This document shows positions 63,918 to 64,000 of a stretch of 64,000 nucleotides of DNA, piece by piece. The notes under the pieces were generated by a model. It was not told where the DNA came from. It did no database searches and was given only the letters and a program-made list of their open reading frames with translations. Origin of the DNA: an uncultured bacterium (GTDB taxonomy: Bacteria; Patescibacteriota; Minisyncoccia; UBA6257; 2-01-FULL-56-20); the NCBI GenBank assembly GCA_963807165.1, contig CAWDZM010000001.1, forward strand, positions 417,521 to 481,520. Direction: 5' to 3'. How positions within the stretch are numbered: the first letter of the stretch is position 1; the number at the start of each line of letters is the position of its first letter. The position numbers and the translations under genes are program-made.

Positions 63918-64000
63918 AAGTGCTTCGGTTCAGATGATAGCAAGACCGCGCGAAAATATCCAACGGCGGACGGAAAATAAAAATCTAGCTAGAGATTCCC

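Overview
Chromosomal window from a reduced-genome bacterium, most likely Patescibacteria/CPR (Parcubacteria-like); this is inferred from gene style, not from a marker gene. Housekeeping genes: ftsZ, ftsA, ybeY, rpsU, hisS, lepB, pth, dprA, topA, relA/spoT, parA, parB, rbfA, infB, rpsR, nusG, secE, gyrB, engB. It also holds a ~14 kb type IV pilus locus, seven canonical tRNAs, a decayed recombinase island at tRNA-Leu, an IS256-like element with a passenger gene and an 8-bp target duplication, peptidases, a flavinylation (FMN-binding/ApbE/RnfD-like) operon and large surface proteins. The most unusual signal is non-coding. Two unlinked loci (3.2 kb and 47.5 kb) each pair a tRNA-like gene (G3:U70, normal T-loop, aberrant anticodon arm) with an apparently separately promoted and terminated small RNA antisense to that particular tRNA-like RNA. 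Both tRNA-like genes sit behind a shared, exactly spaced promoter motif that also precedes pilC and a secreted protease. A second novelty is a covarying branched hairpin element with 36-bp arms that mirror the 3' end of the neighbouring gene. Many single-base frameshifts in conserved genes suggest indel errors in the assembly. All calls were made by eye; no database searches were run.
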